Positions 9,926 to 21,066 of a stretch of 64,000 nt of DNA are shown in pieces (within the stretch, counting starts at the first letter, position 1; each line of letters begins with the position of its first letter). The DNA comes from Patescibacteria group bacterium (lineage in GTDB: Bacteria > Patescibacteriota > JABMPQ01 > JAQVVF01), in contig JAQVVF010000002.1 of NCBI GenBank assembly GCA_028699085.1, positions 132,557 to 196,556 on the forward strand. Reading direction: 5' to 3'. Made by a program: the position numbers and the translations under genes. The notes below the pieces were generated by a model. That model was not told the origin of the DNA. It did no database searches and saw nothing but the letters and a program-made list of their open reading frames with translations.

Positions 9926-10867
9926 TTATTTTTTATTTTCAGTTAAATTTTCAGCTAAATACAATTTATAATCAAGTGCCGCTTGTTCTTTCAATGTTTT
10001 TTCATAATCAGCAAGCAATTCTGGATATGCAGAATATCTATCTAACTTTCGCGCATTGTCTTCTCTCAAGTTCAACAAAAACCAATCTAATACTTTCTCT
10101 TTTTCTAGCATATCTTCGCTGTCTGTTCTGATACATCTATTTCTACCATTTCTCTTAGCAACATAAGCTGCAGCATCAGCATCCTTCCTAGCTTCAAGAT
10201 ATGATATTTTACTACCCTTACGAATTACTTTAACTCCCACGCTTGCAGTTAAATTTCCTAAACTTTCTGAAAGATTAACTGATCGAACATTTGCCATAAA
10301 ACGATCCAAGACCTTTTCAACATCTTTTTCTTTTACTCTAGTTAATGCAAAAACAGATTCATCTCCTTCGCCTGCTCTTCCACCAAAATCAGTTTTTCTT
10401 CTTGATGCCATAGACACTTTACCAAATTCTGCTAGGACCAAATCAGCACCTTCATGACCTAAGGTATCATTTATTCTTTTGAACTTATCCAAATCAACTG
10501 CCAAAAATATTAAAACTTCATCTGGACCATAATTATCCATGTGTTCAACCTCGATATCAAATAATCTTGCAAAGCTATTTTTTTTCCATAATCCAGTTAA
10601 TTCATCTTTTTCCCCTTTAATTCTTTCTTTTGCTATTTCCAATGCTTGTTCTTTTAAAGAAGCCATTTGCTTTTTGAATACATTATCTGGCACACCTTCA
10701 TGAGCAATAGCTGGACCAAATCTTCTATTAATCAAATCTTCATACACTCTTCTTGTTTCCCTTTCTTCAACTCCTAATTCAGCATCAACATCAGGAGTAG
10801 TAAATGTCCTTTTTTCTTCTTTTTGTTCTCCTTCTGGATCAAAAGAAGGCTCTTCACCTATTGGCAT
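9926..10867 (-). CDS. GGDEF-domain protein (atypical active site)
   Basis: DELTGL, DLDKFKRINDTLGHEGAD, RAGEGDES in place of RxGGDEF, TASVG, AKRNGRN. Confidence 0.85.
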   Translation of the reverse strand: MPIGEEPSFDPEGEQKEEKRTFTTPDVDAELGVEERETRRVYEDLINRRFGPAIAHEGVPDNVFKKQMASLKEQALEIAKERIKGEKDELTGLWKKNSFARLFDIEVEHMDNYGPDEVLIFLAVDLDKFKRINDTLGHEGADLVLAEFGKVSMASRRKTDFGGRAGEGDESVFALTRVKEKDVEKVLDRFMANVRSVNLSESLGNLTASVGVKVIRKGSKISYLEARKDADAAAYVAKRNGRNRCIRTDSEDMLEKEKVLDWFLLNLREDNARKLDRYSAYPELLADYEKTLKEQAALDYKLYLAENLTENKK

Positions 10868-10921
10868 ATATTTTAAAATTATATACTCAAATTATACTAA
10901 AAAATATCTGTAATGTCTAAC

Positions 10922-10950
10922 AAAAAAACCGCTCATAAATCAAGCGGTTT
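10922..10950 (-). terminator. Intrinsic terminator after glyQS
   Basis: aaaccgc...gcggttt hairpin; the A-run on + gives a U-tract on -. Confidence 0.7.
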
Positions 10951-10965
10951 GTAAAAATATTATTA

Positions 10966-12276
10966 TTAACCTAATTTTTTTTCAAAATAATCTTTCAATC
11001 CATCAATTTCCACTCTTTCTTGTTCCATTGTATCTCTATCTCTGACAGTCACTTTCTTATCTTCCAAACTATCAAAATCAATTGTCACACAAAATGGCGT
11101 TCCAATCTCGTCTTGTCTTCGATAAAGTTTACCAATACTACCAGAATCATCATACATTGCCACAAATTTTGTTTTCAAATCATTAAAAATTTTTCTTGCA
11201 ACATCAGTAATTTCTTTCTTATTTTTCGCCAAAGGCAACACTGCAATTTTTATTGGCGCTAATTTTGGATGGAATTTTAATACAATCCTTGTATCATCTT
11301 TTACTTTTTCTTCATGGTAGGCATCGACCAAAAAAGCCAATGCTGCTCTGTCAGCACCAGCAGAAGTCTCGATAATATTCGGAACAAATTTTTTGTTCTC
11401 TTTGGTATCAAAGTATGACAAATCTTGTTTTGAAGCTTTAGCATGATTTGAAAGATCCCAATCTCCCCGATCATGGATGCCTTCAAGCTCTTTATTCTCG
11501 AAAGGAAAATCATATTCAATATCAAAAGCCGCTTTTGCATAATGAGCTAGATCTTCTTTAGCATGTTCATGAAATTTCAATTTTTCTTTATTAATTCCAA
11601 GATCAATATACCACTGCATTCTTATTTTTTTCCATTCTTCAAAATATTTTTTGTTTTCTCCTGGTTTAATAAAAAATTGTTGCTCCATTTGTTCAAACTC
11701 GCGCATTCGATAAGTAAAATTACCAGGAGTAATCTCGTTGCGGAAAGCTTTTCCAATTTGAGCAATACCAAATGGAATTTTTGGTCTCATTGAATCCAAT
11801 ACATTTTTGAAATTAACATAAATCCCTTGGCAAGTTTCAGCACGCAAATAAGTGACAGAAGCATCATTTTCTACTGGCCCAACAAAAGTCTTCATCATTA
11901 AATTAAATTTTCTTGCCTCGCTTAACTCACCACCACACTCTGGACATTTTGTTGCCGCTTGCTCTTTAATATGATCAGCGCGAAATCTTTTTTTACATTT
12001 TTTACATTCAACCAAAGGATCAGCAAATCCAGCTGTCAAATGACCAGATGCATACCAAATTTTTGGAGACATTAAAATTGAAGAATCTAAACCAACAATA
12101 TCCTCTCGATCATGGACCATTGTTTTCCACCACTCTTTCTTAATATTATTTTTTAATTCCACTCCAATCGGACCATAATCATAACATGAAGAAAATCCGC
12201 CATAAATTTCTGAAGACGGGAAAATAAATCCTCTTCTTTTTGCTAATGATACAATTTTATCCATCAAATTTTCCAT
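10966..12276 (-). CDS. glyQS: Glycine--tRNA ligase, dimeric (alpha2) type
   Basis: KRRGF..SEIYGG, DYGP.G, GKAFRNEITP, REFEQME, IGKLYRRQDEIGTP. Confidence 0.96.
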   Translation of the reverse strand: MENLMDKIVSLAKRRGFIFPSSEIYGGFSSCYDYGPIGVELKNNIKKEWWKTMVHDREDIVGLDSSILMSPKIWYASGHLTAGFADPLVECKKCKKRFRADHIKEQAATKCPECGGELSEARKFNLMMKTFVGPVENDASVTYLRAETCQGIYVNFKNVLDSMRPKIPFGIAQIGKAFRNEITPGNFTYRMREFEQMEQQFFIKPGENKKYFEEWKKIRMQWYIDLGINKEKLKFHEHAKEDLAHYAKAAFDIEYDFPFENKELEGIHDRGDWDLSNHAKASKQDLSYFDTKENKKFVPNIIETSAGADRAALAFLVDAYHEEKVKDDTRIVLKFHPKLAPIKIAVLPLAKNKKEITDVARKIFNDLKTKFVAMYDDSGSIGKLYRRQDEIGTPFCVTIDFDSLEDKKVTVRDRDTMEQERVEIDGLKDYFEKKLG

Positions 12277-12345
12277 ATAATTTTATTTAAAACTTTTCTA
12301 TTTCAGTCTATCAAAAAAAAACAAGACTATCAATACAGTCTTGAA

Positions 12346-12549
12346 TCAATGTACAATTTTTCCATTACATTTTGGACATGCAATCTTACTATTGCCACCC
12401 AAACTCACATATCGCTCATTTCCACAATAATCACAATTTTCAACAGAAAATTGATTTTTGTTAAAATCAGCAAGTATACGATTAAGACCAAATCCTAAAA
12501 CACCAAGAATAAAGATCCAACCGACTACAAACACAAGATAACTTAACAT
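12346..12549 (-). CDS. Small membrane protein with CxxC...CPKC zinc finger
   Basis: N-terminal TM helix, CDYC...CPKC; preceded by GAGGGA. Confidence 0.7.
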   Translation of the reverse strand: MLSYLVFVVGWIFILGVLGFGLNRILADFNKNQFSVENCDYCGNERYVSLGGNSKIACPKCNGKIVH

Positions 12550-12567
12550 AATCGTCTTCCCTCATTT

Positions 12568-13920
12568 TCAACCAAAGTTCTTCAAAATTCCTCTCGCTGC
12601 AATCACACCAGTCGCTGCTGCTCCAACAATATTTCCAGAAACACCAGCACCATCGCCGGCCATATAAAGTCCCAGCATATTTGTTGCCAAATCTGAAGTT
12701 GTTCTAATTCTTGAAGATCTGAATTTCAATTCCGGCGCATACAATAGCGTACCGCCATCATTAATCCCAGGCATTACTCTTGCCAACAATTCCAAGCCTT
12801 CAATCAAATCTGTCACAATTCTTCCAGACAAAGCCATCGCGATATCACCAGGCGTCACATCAATCAATGTCGGATTAACATTACTTCTCTTAATTCTCTC
12901 CCAAGTACTTCTACGACCTGCCTTCAAATCAGCCAATCTCTGCAAAACTGGTTTTCCACCACCCAAAGTCGCCGCAGTTCTCGCCATAGCTTCTGCATAG
13001 GCTGTTGTATTTTCTAACGGCGCATCCAATTGAACATCAACCAAAAACGCAAAATTAGAATTACCAGAATCATGTTTCGAATTCGAATGACCATTCACTC
13101 CCACAAAGCCATCATATTTTTCTGTCGCTACCTTGCCACCTGGACATGGACAAAAAGTCCTTACCAAATCATCATGAGTTGGTGTTTGCAACAAAAAGAT
13201 TGCTTCATACATTACTTCTGCAAAAGTTCTCATTATCACTTCTGGAAATTCCACTCTAACACCGATCAACACTCTTTCATAATCTTGTCCCAAATCAAAA
13301 TGTTTTGCCAATTTTTGCAACCAAGAAGCACCCGGCCTTCCCGGCGCCAACAAAACATAATCTCCCAAAATAGTTTCGCCATTCTCTAAAACGACACCAC
13401 GACATTTACGATCAACTTCATAGATCCTTTCAACAATGCATTTTGTTTCAAAAACTACTCCTTTTTCCATCAACAGATCTTGAAAACTCTTAATCACTCT
13501 TGGCAGATTATCAGAACCAACATGCCGAACCTTTCGCGGAACTAACTTGATCCCATGAACCAAAGCCTGATCAACCAACATTGCCACTTGCTTTTCATTC
13601 TTCGGGTAATAATCAGCAGGTGCACCATGCTCAGTGAACAATCCATCAACATAATCAACAACTGGCTGATATTCTGATACGGACATAAGACCCAACATTT
13701 TTTCATGGCTCAATACTGGTGACACATGAAGTTTGCCATCAGAGAAAGTTCCCGATCCACCAACTCCATACATCACATCCCCAGATGACCTCTCATGAAC
13801 CAACACTCCTCGATCAATTAAACAAATCTTCAAATTCGGTTTCGTTACAATCAACTCATATGCTGCAAACAAACCCGCAGGTCCAGCACCGACGATCACA
13901 ACATCGAACTTCTCTAACAT
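12568..13920 (-). CDS. FAD-dependent oxidoreductase/dehydrogenase (uncharacterised family)
   Basis: GAGPAG Rossmann fold, GSGTFSDGK, RTFC.CP.G, GDGAG; ATG at 13920 follows AAAGGAGG. Confidence 0.88.
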   Translation of the reverse strand: MLEKFDVVIVGAGPAGLFAAYELIVTKPNLKICLIDRGVLVHERSSGDVMYGVGGSGTFSDGKLHVSPVLSHEKMLGLMSVSEYQPVVDYVDGLFTEHGAPADYYPKNEKQVAMLVDQALVHGIKLVPRKVRHVGSDNLPRVIKSFQDLLMEKGVVFETKCIVERIYEVDRKCRGVVLENGETILGDYVLLAPGRPGASWLQKLAKHFDLGQDYERVLIGVRVEFPEVIMRTFAEVMYEAIFLLQTPTHDDLVRTFCPCPGGKVATEKYDGFVGVNGHSNSKHDSGNSNFAFLVDVQLDAPLENTTAYAEAMARTAATLGGGKPVLQRLADLKAGRRSTWERIKRSNVNPTLIDVTPGDIAMALSGRIVTDLIEGLELLARVMPGINDGGTLLYAPELKFRSSRIRTTSDLATNMLGLYMAGDGAGVSGNIVGAAATGVIAARGILKNFG

Positions 13921-13940
13921 TCTCTCCTCCTTTTTTGGAC

Positions 13941-14120
13941 TCAATCAAAAAATGGTCCGCGAGGATCCAAACATTTTGGACAAGGACACCCACCAACAAT
14001 GCCACTATTATTACAAAAATCACAATAAACATTTTTATTGGATTTTTTCCTAATTTTAGATACCATCCAAAATACCAAAAACAAAATCATCAAAATAGCA
14101 ATAACGATGTTTGCCTTCAT
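13941..14120 (-). CDS. 59-aa membrane protein with CDFC...CPKC zinc finger (not in ORF track)
   Basis: Hand translation MKANIVIAILMILFLVFWMVSKIRKKSNKNVYCDFCNNSGIVGGCPCPKCLDPRGPFFD*, preceded by GAAGGAGGAAGAA. Confidence 0.75.
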   Translation of the reverse strand: MKANIVIAILMILFLVFWMVSKIRKKSNKNVYCDFCNNSGIVGGCPCPKCLDPRGPFFD

Positions 14121-14132
14121 TTCTTCCTCCTT

Positions 14133-15853
<1,721 letters not shown>

Positions 15854-15858
15854 TGAGT

Positions 15859-16641
15859 TTAATAATTTAACAATTTAACATTAAGTGTTTCTACGTCACA
15901 TAATAATTTTTTCGCCTTACATTCTCGATCTAAAGTGAATCTAATAAATAGATCCAAAACTTTTTCCACTTCTAAACTCAATTTCTTTTCAATTTTCAGT
16001 CTTTCAATATTTTCAAAACTGTTATCTTCTAAAAAATTCAAGACCTTCAAACATTCAAAAGAAATTTTCAAACTCTCACGATCGATATCAAAACAATCTT
16101 TGCAAATCAAACCACCCACAAATGTGCTAAAATAATTTTCCCTATATCTTTTACCACATTTAACGCATTTTTTCAAATCCGGCAAAAATCCCAAAATTTT
16201 CAATAACTTAATCTTAAAACTGCTCAAAATTAAATTCATTTTTTTTTCAAACAGAACATCTCGATTAATTGCATCTAAAGTTAAAAGCAATAAATTATAT
16301 AATCTTGTATCTTTAAAACCTTCGTTTGTAAATCTATCAACCAATTCACATACATAATAAGCATGCGAAGTTCTATCTAAGTCAAAACATAAGTTTTTAA
16401 AATGCCAATTTTTTTCTACAGATGTCACGATATCAAAAGATTTTCCTTCAGCCAAAATTAAATCAACACTACAAAATAATTCCAAATGTCCGCCTAACTT
16501 TGAAGTTGTTTTTCTAACTCCTTTTGCCAAAGCTGCTATTTTACCCATATTCGCAGTAAAAATAGTCAGAATTTTATCTGCTTCTTTATAATTCACTCTT
16601 TTGATAATAACGCCTTTTGTTTTATATGTTGCCATAGACAA
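15859..16641 (-). CDS. recO: DNA repair protein RecO
   Basis: Y.EADKILTIFT..GKI.ALAKGVRK..SKL, CVKC...C..C zinc finger. Confidence 0.94.
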   Translation of the reverse strand: MSMATYKTKGVIIKRVNYKEADKILTIFTANMGKIAALAKGVRKTTSKLGGHLELFCSVDLILAEGKSFDIVTSVEKNWHFKNLCFDLDRTSHAYYVCELVDRFTNEGFKDTRLYNLLLLTLDAINRDVLFEKKMNLILSSFKIKLLKILGFLPDLKKCVKCGKRYRENYFSTFVGGLICKDCFDIDRESLKISFECLKVLNFLEDNSFENIERLKIEKKLSLEVEKVLDLFIRFTLDRECKAKKLLCDVETLNVKLLNY

Positions 16642-16707
16642 AAATATTATAGCACATAACTTTTAACTAAAATAAAAAAACCAGCAAATTAAATTAGCTG
16701 GTAAAGT

Positions 16708-17109
16708 TCAACCAAAACAAAATCCTTTCAAAGCTTTTTCAACAAAATCTGCAATTACCTTTTTCAAAAGAACACTATCAATTTTGGTATCCTTCGGACA
16801 CAAAGCACTGCTCAATTTCAACTGGAAAATTAATCGCAAAGCTCTATCGCCATTTTTTGGCCTTTCAAAAAACCACACCACATCTTTTGTGCCCCTGCAT
16901 GATTCACCCTGAACAATCACAACACTTTTATTGTAATATGGACAAACCACAATTGGAGAGTGAGTATTCAACACCAAATTGACAGAATATGGAAGGAGTC
17001 TGTCTGGATAAATCGAGCCCTGATCAACAATACCCAATTTTTCCAAAAGCTGTGGCAATTCAGAAACGACTTCGGGAAATTCAACAGAAAAATCACGTTT
17101 GAGACCCAT
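16708..17109 (-). CDS. Hypothetical protein (self-contained cassette)
   Basis: ATG at 17109 after CAGGAGG; upstream TTGACT-N16-TATTAT; downstream hairpin at 16675-16702. Confidence 0.65.
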   Translation of the reverse strand: MGLKRDFSVEFPEVVSELPQLLEKLGIVDQGSIYPDRLLPYSVNLVLNTHSPIVVCPYYNKSVVIVQGESCRGTKDVVWFFERPKNGDRALRLIFQLKLSSALCPKDTKIDSVLLKKVIADFVEKALKGFCFG

Positions 17110-17217
17110 TTGCTTCCTCCTGCCAAACCACGCATATAATAACAAAATAAAATAAAAAGTCAAGATCAAAAAAGATGGATCACTACCCATCTTTTTCTGT
17201 CCAAATTATTTGTTCAG

Positions 17218-20200
17218 CTATTTCTTAACACCAATCCAACCTTCCTCTTTGCCTACCTTTGCTTCCTTGCCTAAATCAACTTCCTTTTTGCCTTCTTCTA
17301 ATTCAGTTGCTAAAGTCTCTTTCTTAATATAATCATCAAACTGGTGGCAAACTTTTTTACCCTTTTCACCCATTTCAAAACATACTTTAATCCTATCAGC
17401 AATCTGATAGTCAGCTTCCTTACGCATTGATTGAATTTGCCTTACAACTTCACGAGCCAGACCTTCTAATTCTAGCTCTTCAGTCAATTCAGTCTGCAAA
17501 GAAACTACAACATTACCATCGCCTTCAACTTCAAAGCCTTTTTCTTTAGAAATATATTTCTTCTTATTCTTTTTCTCTTTCACCTCAAAATCAATCTTCT
17601 CTACAAATTCAATATTTTTTACATTCAACTCATCTTTCAAGATATCTATCAAATCGTCCGAAATTTTTAATTTTTCATTTTGAATTTTTAATTTCGCCAA
17701 AGGTTGTCTTGCTTTCATTTGCGCTTTTGCCCTTGCAGCTAATCCTAATTTTGCAATTGTCCTTGTTAAATCCATTTCATTATTCAATTCTTCATCAATT
17801 AAATCAACGTCAGCCTTTGGATAATCACACAAGTGCACACTTCCGACTTCTGAAGGTCCGACGCTCTGACGCTCTAAATTCAAATAAATTTCCTCAGTCA
17901 CAAAAGGCACAATTGGCGCTAACAATTTTACAAAACTTATCAAAACAGTATATAGAGTTTGATAAGCCTGATTCTTGTCTTGATCATTCTCACTCTTCCA
18001 AAATCTTCTTCTTGATCTTCTTACATACCAATTAGCCAAATCATCCAAAAATTTCTCACATTTTTCCATTACACGCTGGGCATTAAATTTATCCATTTCT
18101 TTAGTGCATTCAACAATCAAAGCATTCAAAGCAGAGACAATCCACTGATCAAGTTTATTGTTCAGTTCTAATTTGCTATTTTTAGCTGGTTTAAAATTAT
18201 CAATGTTCGCATATAACACAAAGAAAGAATAAACATTCCACAACAAAATTAATTTACGCCTAATTGCTTCTGCAGGTCTATAACCAAATCTAAGATTATA
18301 AGCAGGATTCTGTACGCAATACATCCACCTCATTACATCAGCTCCCATTTTTTCAGCTGCTTCGTCAAACCAAATCGCATTACCAGAAGATTTATGCATT
18401 GGCTTACCTTTTTCATCTCTTACTTCTTCATAAGCTAGTACTTGCTTATATGGTATCTCATCTTCCAAGGTTACAGCCATGAATAATAATGAATAAAACC
18501 ATAATCTTACTTGAGCGCGCATTTCACATACAAATTCAGCTGGAAACCATTTTGCCCAATATTCTTTATCGCTAAAATATTTTAGCGTTGAGAAAGGCAC
18601 AATTCCAGCATCAAGCCAGCAATCTCCAACATCTTTAATTCTTGATACTTCTTTTTTACATTTTGGACAAACAATCGAAAGCTCATCAATCCAAGGACGA
18701 TGCAACTCTGGAACAATTTTTCCATTTTCTAAAATATTAATTTCATGAGCTTTTGCATTTTGCGCCATCACCTTCATGACATTTCTAATCTTACCTTTCT
18801 TTTCGATTACTTTTTCTAACCCAGCTAACACTCCATCATGAGTAACAATAACAACTGTTTGCCCATTATGTTTTTCTAATATTTCTCCATAAAAATCTTG
18901 GCATCTTAATAAAATATCTTTAGTGCTTTCACCAATTTCTCCAGCTTTTTTATCATTTACGCTATCGTAAACTTCTATTAACTCTTTTTTAAATAGTGAT
19001 ACTTTTTTATTAGCCCAATTACCAAAATCGTGCTCTCTTAAACGTTCATCTTCAACCAAATCTACACCGCACAATTTTGCTACCTTTTCTGCCGTTTTTT
19101 TACAACGAATATATGGAGAAGTATAAACAATATCAATGCCTCTCTCTTTCATCTGTTTCGCTAACAAAGTAGCTTCTTCTTCGCCTTTCCAATCCAAATC
19201 AGTACCAAGATCCTTACTATCAGTAATTCCCATCACATTGCCTTCGCTTCTACCATGTCTAGATAAAATTATATTAGTTGATTGCTGGTTTGATAATTCT
19301 AAAAGCTCTTTTCTTGATTGAATAGCTGTCACTTCACCACATTCACATTCATAAAAAGGCAATGGCAATCCCCAATAACGTTTACGAGAAATAACCCAAT
19401 CACCCATATTATCAAGCCAATCTTGCATTCTTTTGCCTACTGATTCAGGCAACCAACCAACCTTTTCTGCAGCTCTTTTCATCGGTTCTCTGATTTCCGA
19501 AACATCAATAAACCATTCGGAAACTGCTCTAAACACTAATTCCTCCTTGCATCTCCAACAAAATGGATAGCGATGTTTAATGTCAGCAATTTTCAAAAAA
19601 TTGCCTTTTTCTTTTAATGAAGAAAAAATTTCATTCTTAATTCCGTGAACATTTTTTTTGTTCAACCAATCAAAACCTTCTATGTAATTACCAAACTCAT
19701 CAATTGGCGCGATAATCTTCAAATCATTAGTTTTTGATAATTGATAATCTTCCTCACCACATCCAGGTGCAATATGTACAATGCCAGTACCTTCAGCATC
19801 AGAAACATCTTCCCAAGCAATAACTTTATGTTCAACGCCTGACTGAACAGGTAATTCATCAAATGGTCCTTCATAATGCAAACCTAATAAACTCTTGCCA
19901 TCAACTTCCTCCATAATTTCTGCTTCACCCAAAACTTTTGAAACCAAAGCTTTAGCCAAAATATACGTCTCACTGTCTTTCGTTGCTCTAACATATTTTA
20001 CCTTAGGATTTACAGCCAAGGCTACATTTGCTGGCAATGTCCAAGGAGTCGTTGTCCAAACCAAGAAATATTCATTAATTTCAGCTTCTTCACTTTTTCT
20101 TTTTAATTTAATATAAACTGCCTGATGAACTACTTCTTTCCAACCATCATCTGACAATTCATGCTGAGATAATGCTGTCCCACATCTTGTACACCAAGGC

Positions 20201-20736
20201 ATCACAGAATAACCTTTGTATAACCAGCCATTTCTTTTACATTTTTCTAAAAAAGTCCAGATTGCCTCAATATTATCATCAGTATATGTATAATAAGAAT
20301 TTCTCCAATCCATGAATTGACCCAATCTTTTTGATTGTTCAGTTTGAATTTCTGAATATTTCTCAATTCTTTCTTTGCATGCTTTAGAAAAATTATCCAA
20401 ACCAAATTTTTCAATTTCTTTTTTTGAATTAAAGCCTAAATCTTTTTCCACTTCAACTTCCACCCAAAGTCCCTGGCAATCAAAACCATTTTGCCATCTT
20501 TGATCAAATCCTTGCATCGCTTTATATCTCTGAAAAACATCTTTCAATGTTCTACCCCACGCATGGTGCACTCCCATTGGGTTATTAGCAGTAATTGGAC
20601 CATCAATAAAAGACCAAGGCTCTTTGCCATGATTTTTATTCTGCAATTTATAAAACATTCTATTCTCATTCCAAAAATCAAGAACATTATGCTCTAATTT
20701 CACGAAATCTTGTTTTGGGTCTACTTTTTTAAACAT
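17218..20736 (-). CDS. ileS: Isoleucine--tRNA ligase, type 2, with inserted histidine-phosphatase domain
   Basis: DGPITAN, GVHH, GFDCQGL.VE, WTTTPWTLP.N, GTGIVHIAP, ISR.RYWG, PMHKS, NWYVRRSRRRFW; insert SRHG...SP..RC..TA...LRE.DFG...VTHDG. Confidence 0.95.
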   Translation of the reverse strand: MFKKVDPKQDFVKLEHNVLDFWNENRMFYKLQNKNHGKEPWSFIDGPITANNPMGVHHAWGRTLKDVFQRYKAMQGFDQRWQNGFDCQGLWVEVEVEKDLGFNSKKEIEKFGLDNFSKACKERIEKYSEIQTEQSKRLGQFMDWRNSYYTYTDDNIEAIWTFLEKCKRNGWLYKGYSVMPWCTRCGTALSQHELSDDGWKEVVHQAVYIKLKRKSEEAEINEYFLVWTTTPWTLPANVALAVNPKVKYVRATKDSETYILAKALVSKVLGEAEIMEEVDGKSLLGLHYEGPFDELPVQSGVEHKVIAWEDVSDAEGTGIVHIAPGCGEEDYQLSKTNDLKIIAPIDEFGNYIEGFDWLNKKNVHGIKNEIFSSLKEKGNFLKIADIKHRYPFCWRCKEELVFRAVSEWFIDVSEIREPMKRAAEKVGWLPESVGKRMQDWLDNMGDWVISRKRYWGLPLPFYECECGEVTAIQSRKELLELSNQQSTNIILSRHGRSEGNVMGITDSKDLGTDLDWKGEEEATLLAKQMKERGIDIVYTSPYIRCKKTAEKVAKLCGVDLVEDERLREHDFGNWANKKVSLFKKELIEVYDSVNDKKAGEIGESTKDILLRCQDFYGEILEKHNGQTVVIVTHDGVLAGLEKVIEKKGKIRNVMKVMAQNAKAHEINILENGKIVPELHRPWIDELSIVCPKCKKEVSRIKDVGDCWLDAGIVPFSTLKYFSDKEYWAKWFPAEFVCEMRAQVRLWFYSLLFMAVTLEDEIPYKQVLAYEEVRDEKGKPMHKSSGNAIWFDEAAEKMGADVMRWMYCVQNPAYNLRFGYRPAEAIRRKLILLWNVYSFFVLYANIDNFKPAKNSKLELNNKLDQWIVSALNALIVECTKEMDKFNAQRVMEKCEKFLDDLANWYVRRSRRRFWKSENDQDKNQAYQTLYTVLISFVKLLAPIVPFVTEEIYLNLERQSVGPSEVGSVHLCDYPKADVDLIDEELNNEMDLTRTIAKLGLAARAKAQMKARQPLAKLKIQNEKLKISDDLIDILKDELNVKNIEFVEKIDFEVKEKKNKKKYISKEKGFEVEGDGNVVVSLQTELTEELELEGLAREVVRQIQSMRKEADYQIADRIKVCFEMGEKGKKVCHQFDDYIKKETLATELEEGKKEVDLGKEAKVGKEEGWIGVKK

Positions 20737-20737
20737 A

Positions 20738-20766
20738 TTGACAAAAATTAATTAATATGATAAAAT
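20738..20766 (+). promoter_or_regulatory. sigma70-type promoter for the small + strand gene, abutting the ileS start codon
   Basis: TTGACA-N17-TAAAAT with extended -10 TG. Confidence 0.65.
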
Positions 20767-20801
20767 TTATATAGTTCTTTCAAGAGAAAAGGAGACAAGA
20801 A

Positions 20802-21056
20802 ATGAAAAAATCACTCAAAAAAATTTTTTGGATAGTAATAACAACATTTCTTTTGATAGCCTCTTTAACACATTTCTCAATTGTACTATATGCAATAATC
20901 ATGATTTTTTTACCTTCTACTAATATTCTTGCCATAGAGATTATAACAATCTTTTGCTTAATCAACGGTTTATTCTGTTTATACTTTTCCAAACTTTTTG
21001 CTTCTCATTTCCAGATCATTCCTCAAAAAAGAATAACGCACTTACTTTACCACTAA
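20802..21056 (+). CDS. Small hydrophobic membrane protein
   Basis: Two to three hydrophobic segments, AAAGGAGA SD, upstream promoter, downstream hairpin accac-taac-gtggt plus T-run. Confidence 0.6.
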   Translation: MKKSLKKIFWIVITTFLLIASLTHFSIVLYAIIMIFLPSTNILAIEIITIFCLINGLFCLYFSKLFASHFQIIPQKRITHLLYH

Positions 21057-21066
21057 CGTGGTTTTT

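Noticed and set aside
20780-20992. Minus-strand 70-aa ORF between the phosphatase and ileS
   Set aside because: The opposite-strand ORF has promoter, SD and terminator support; this one has none.
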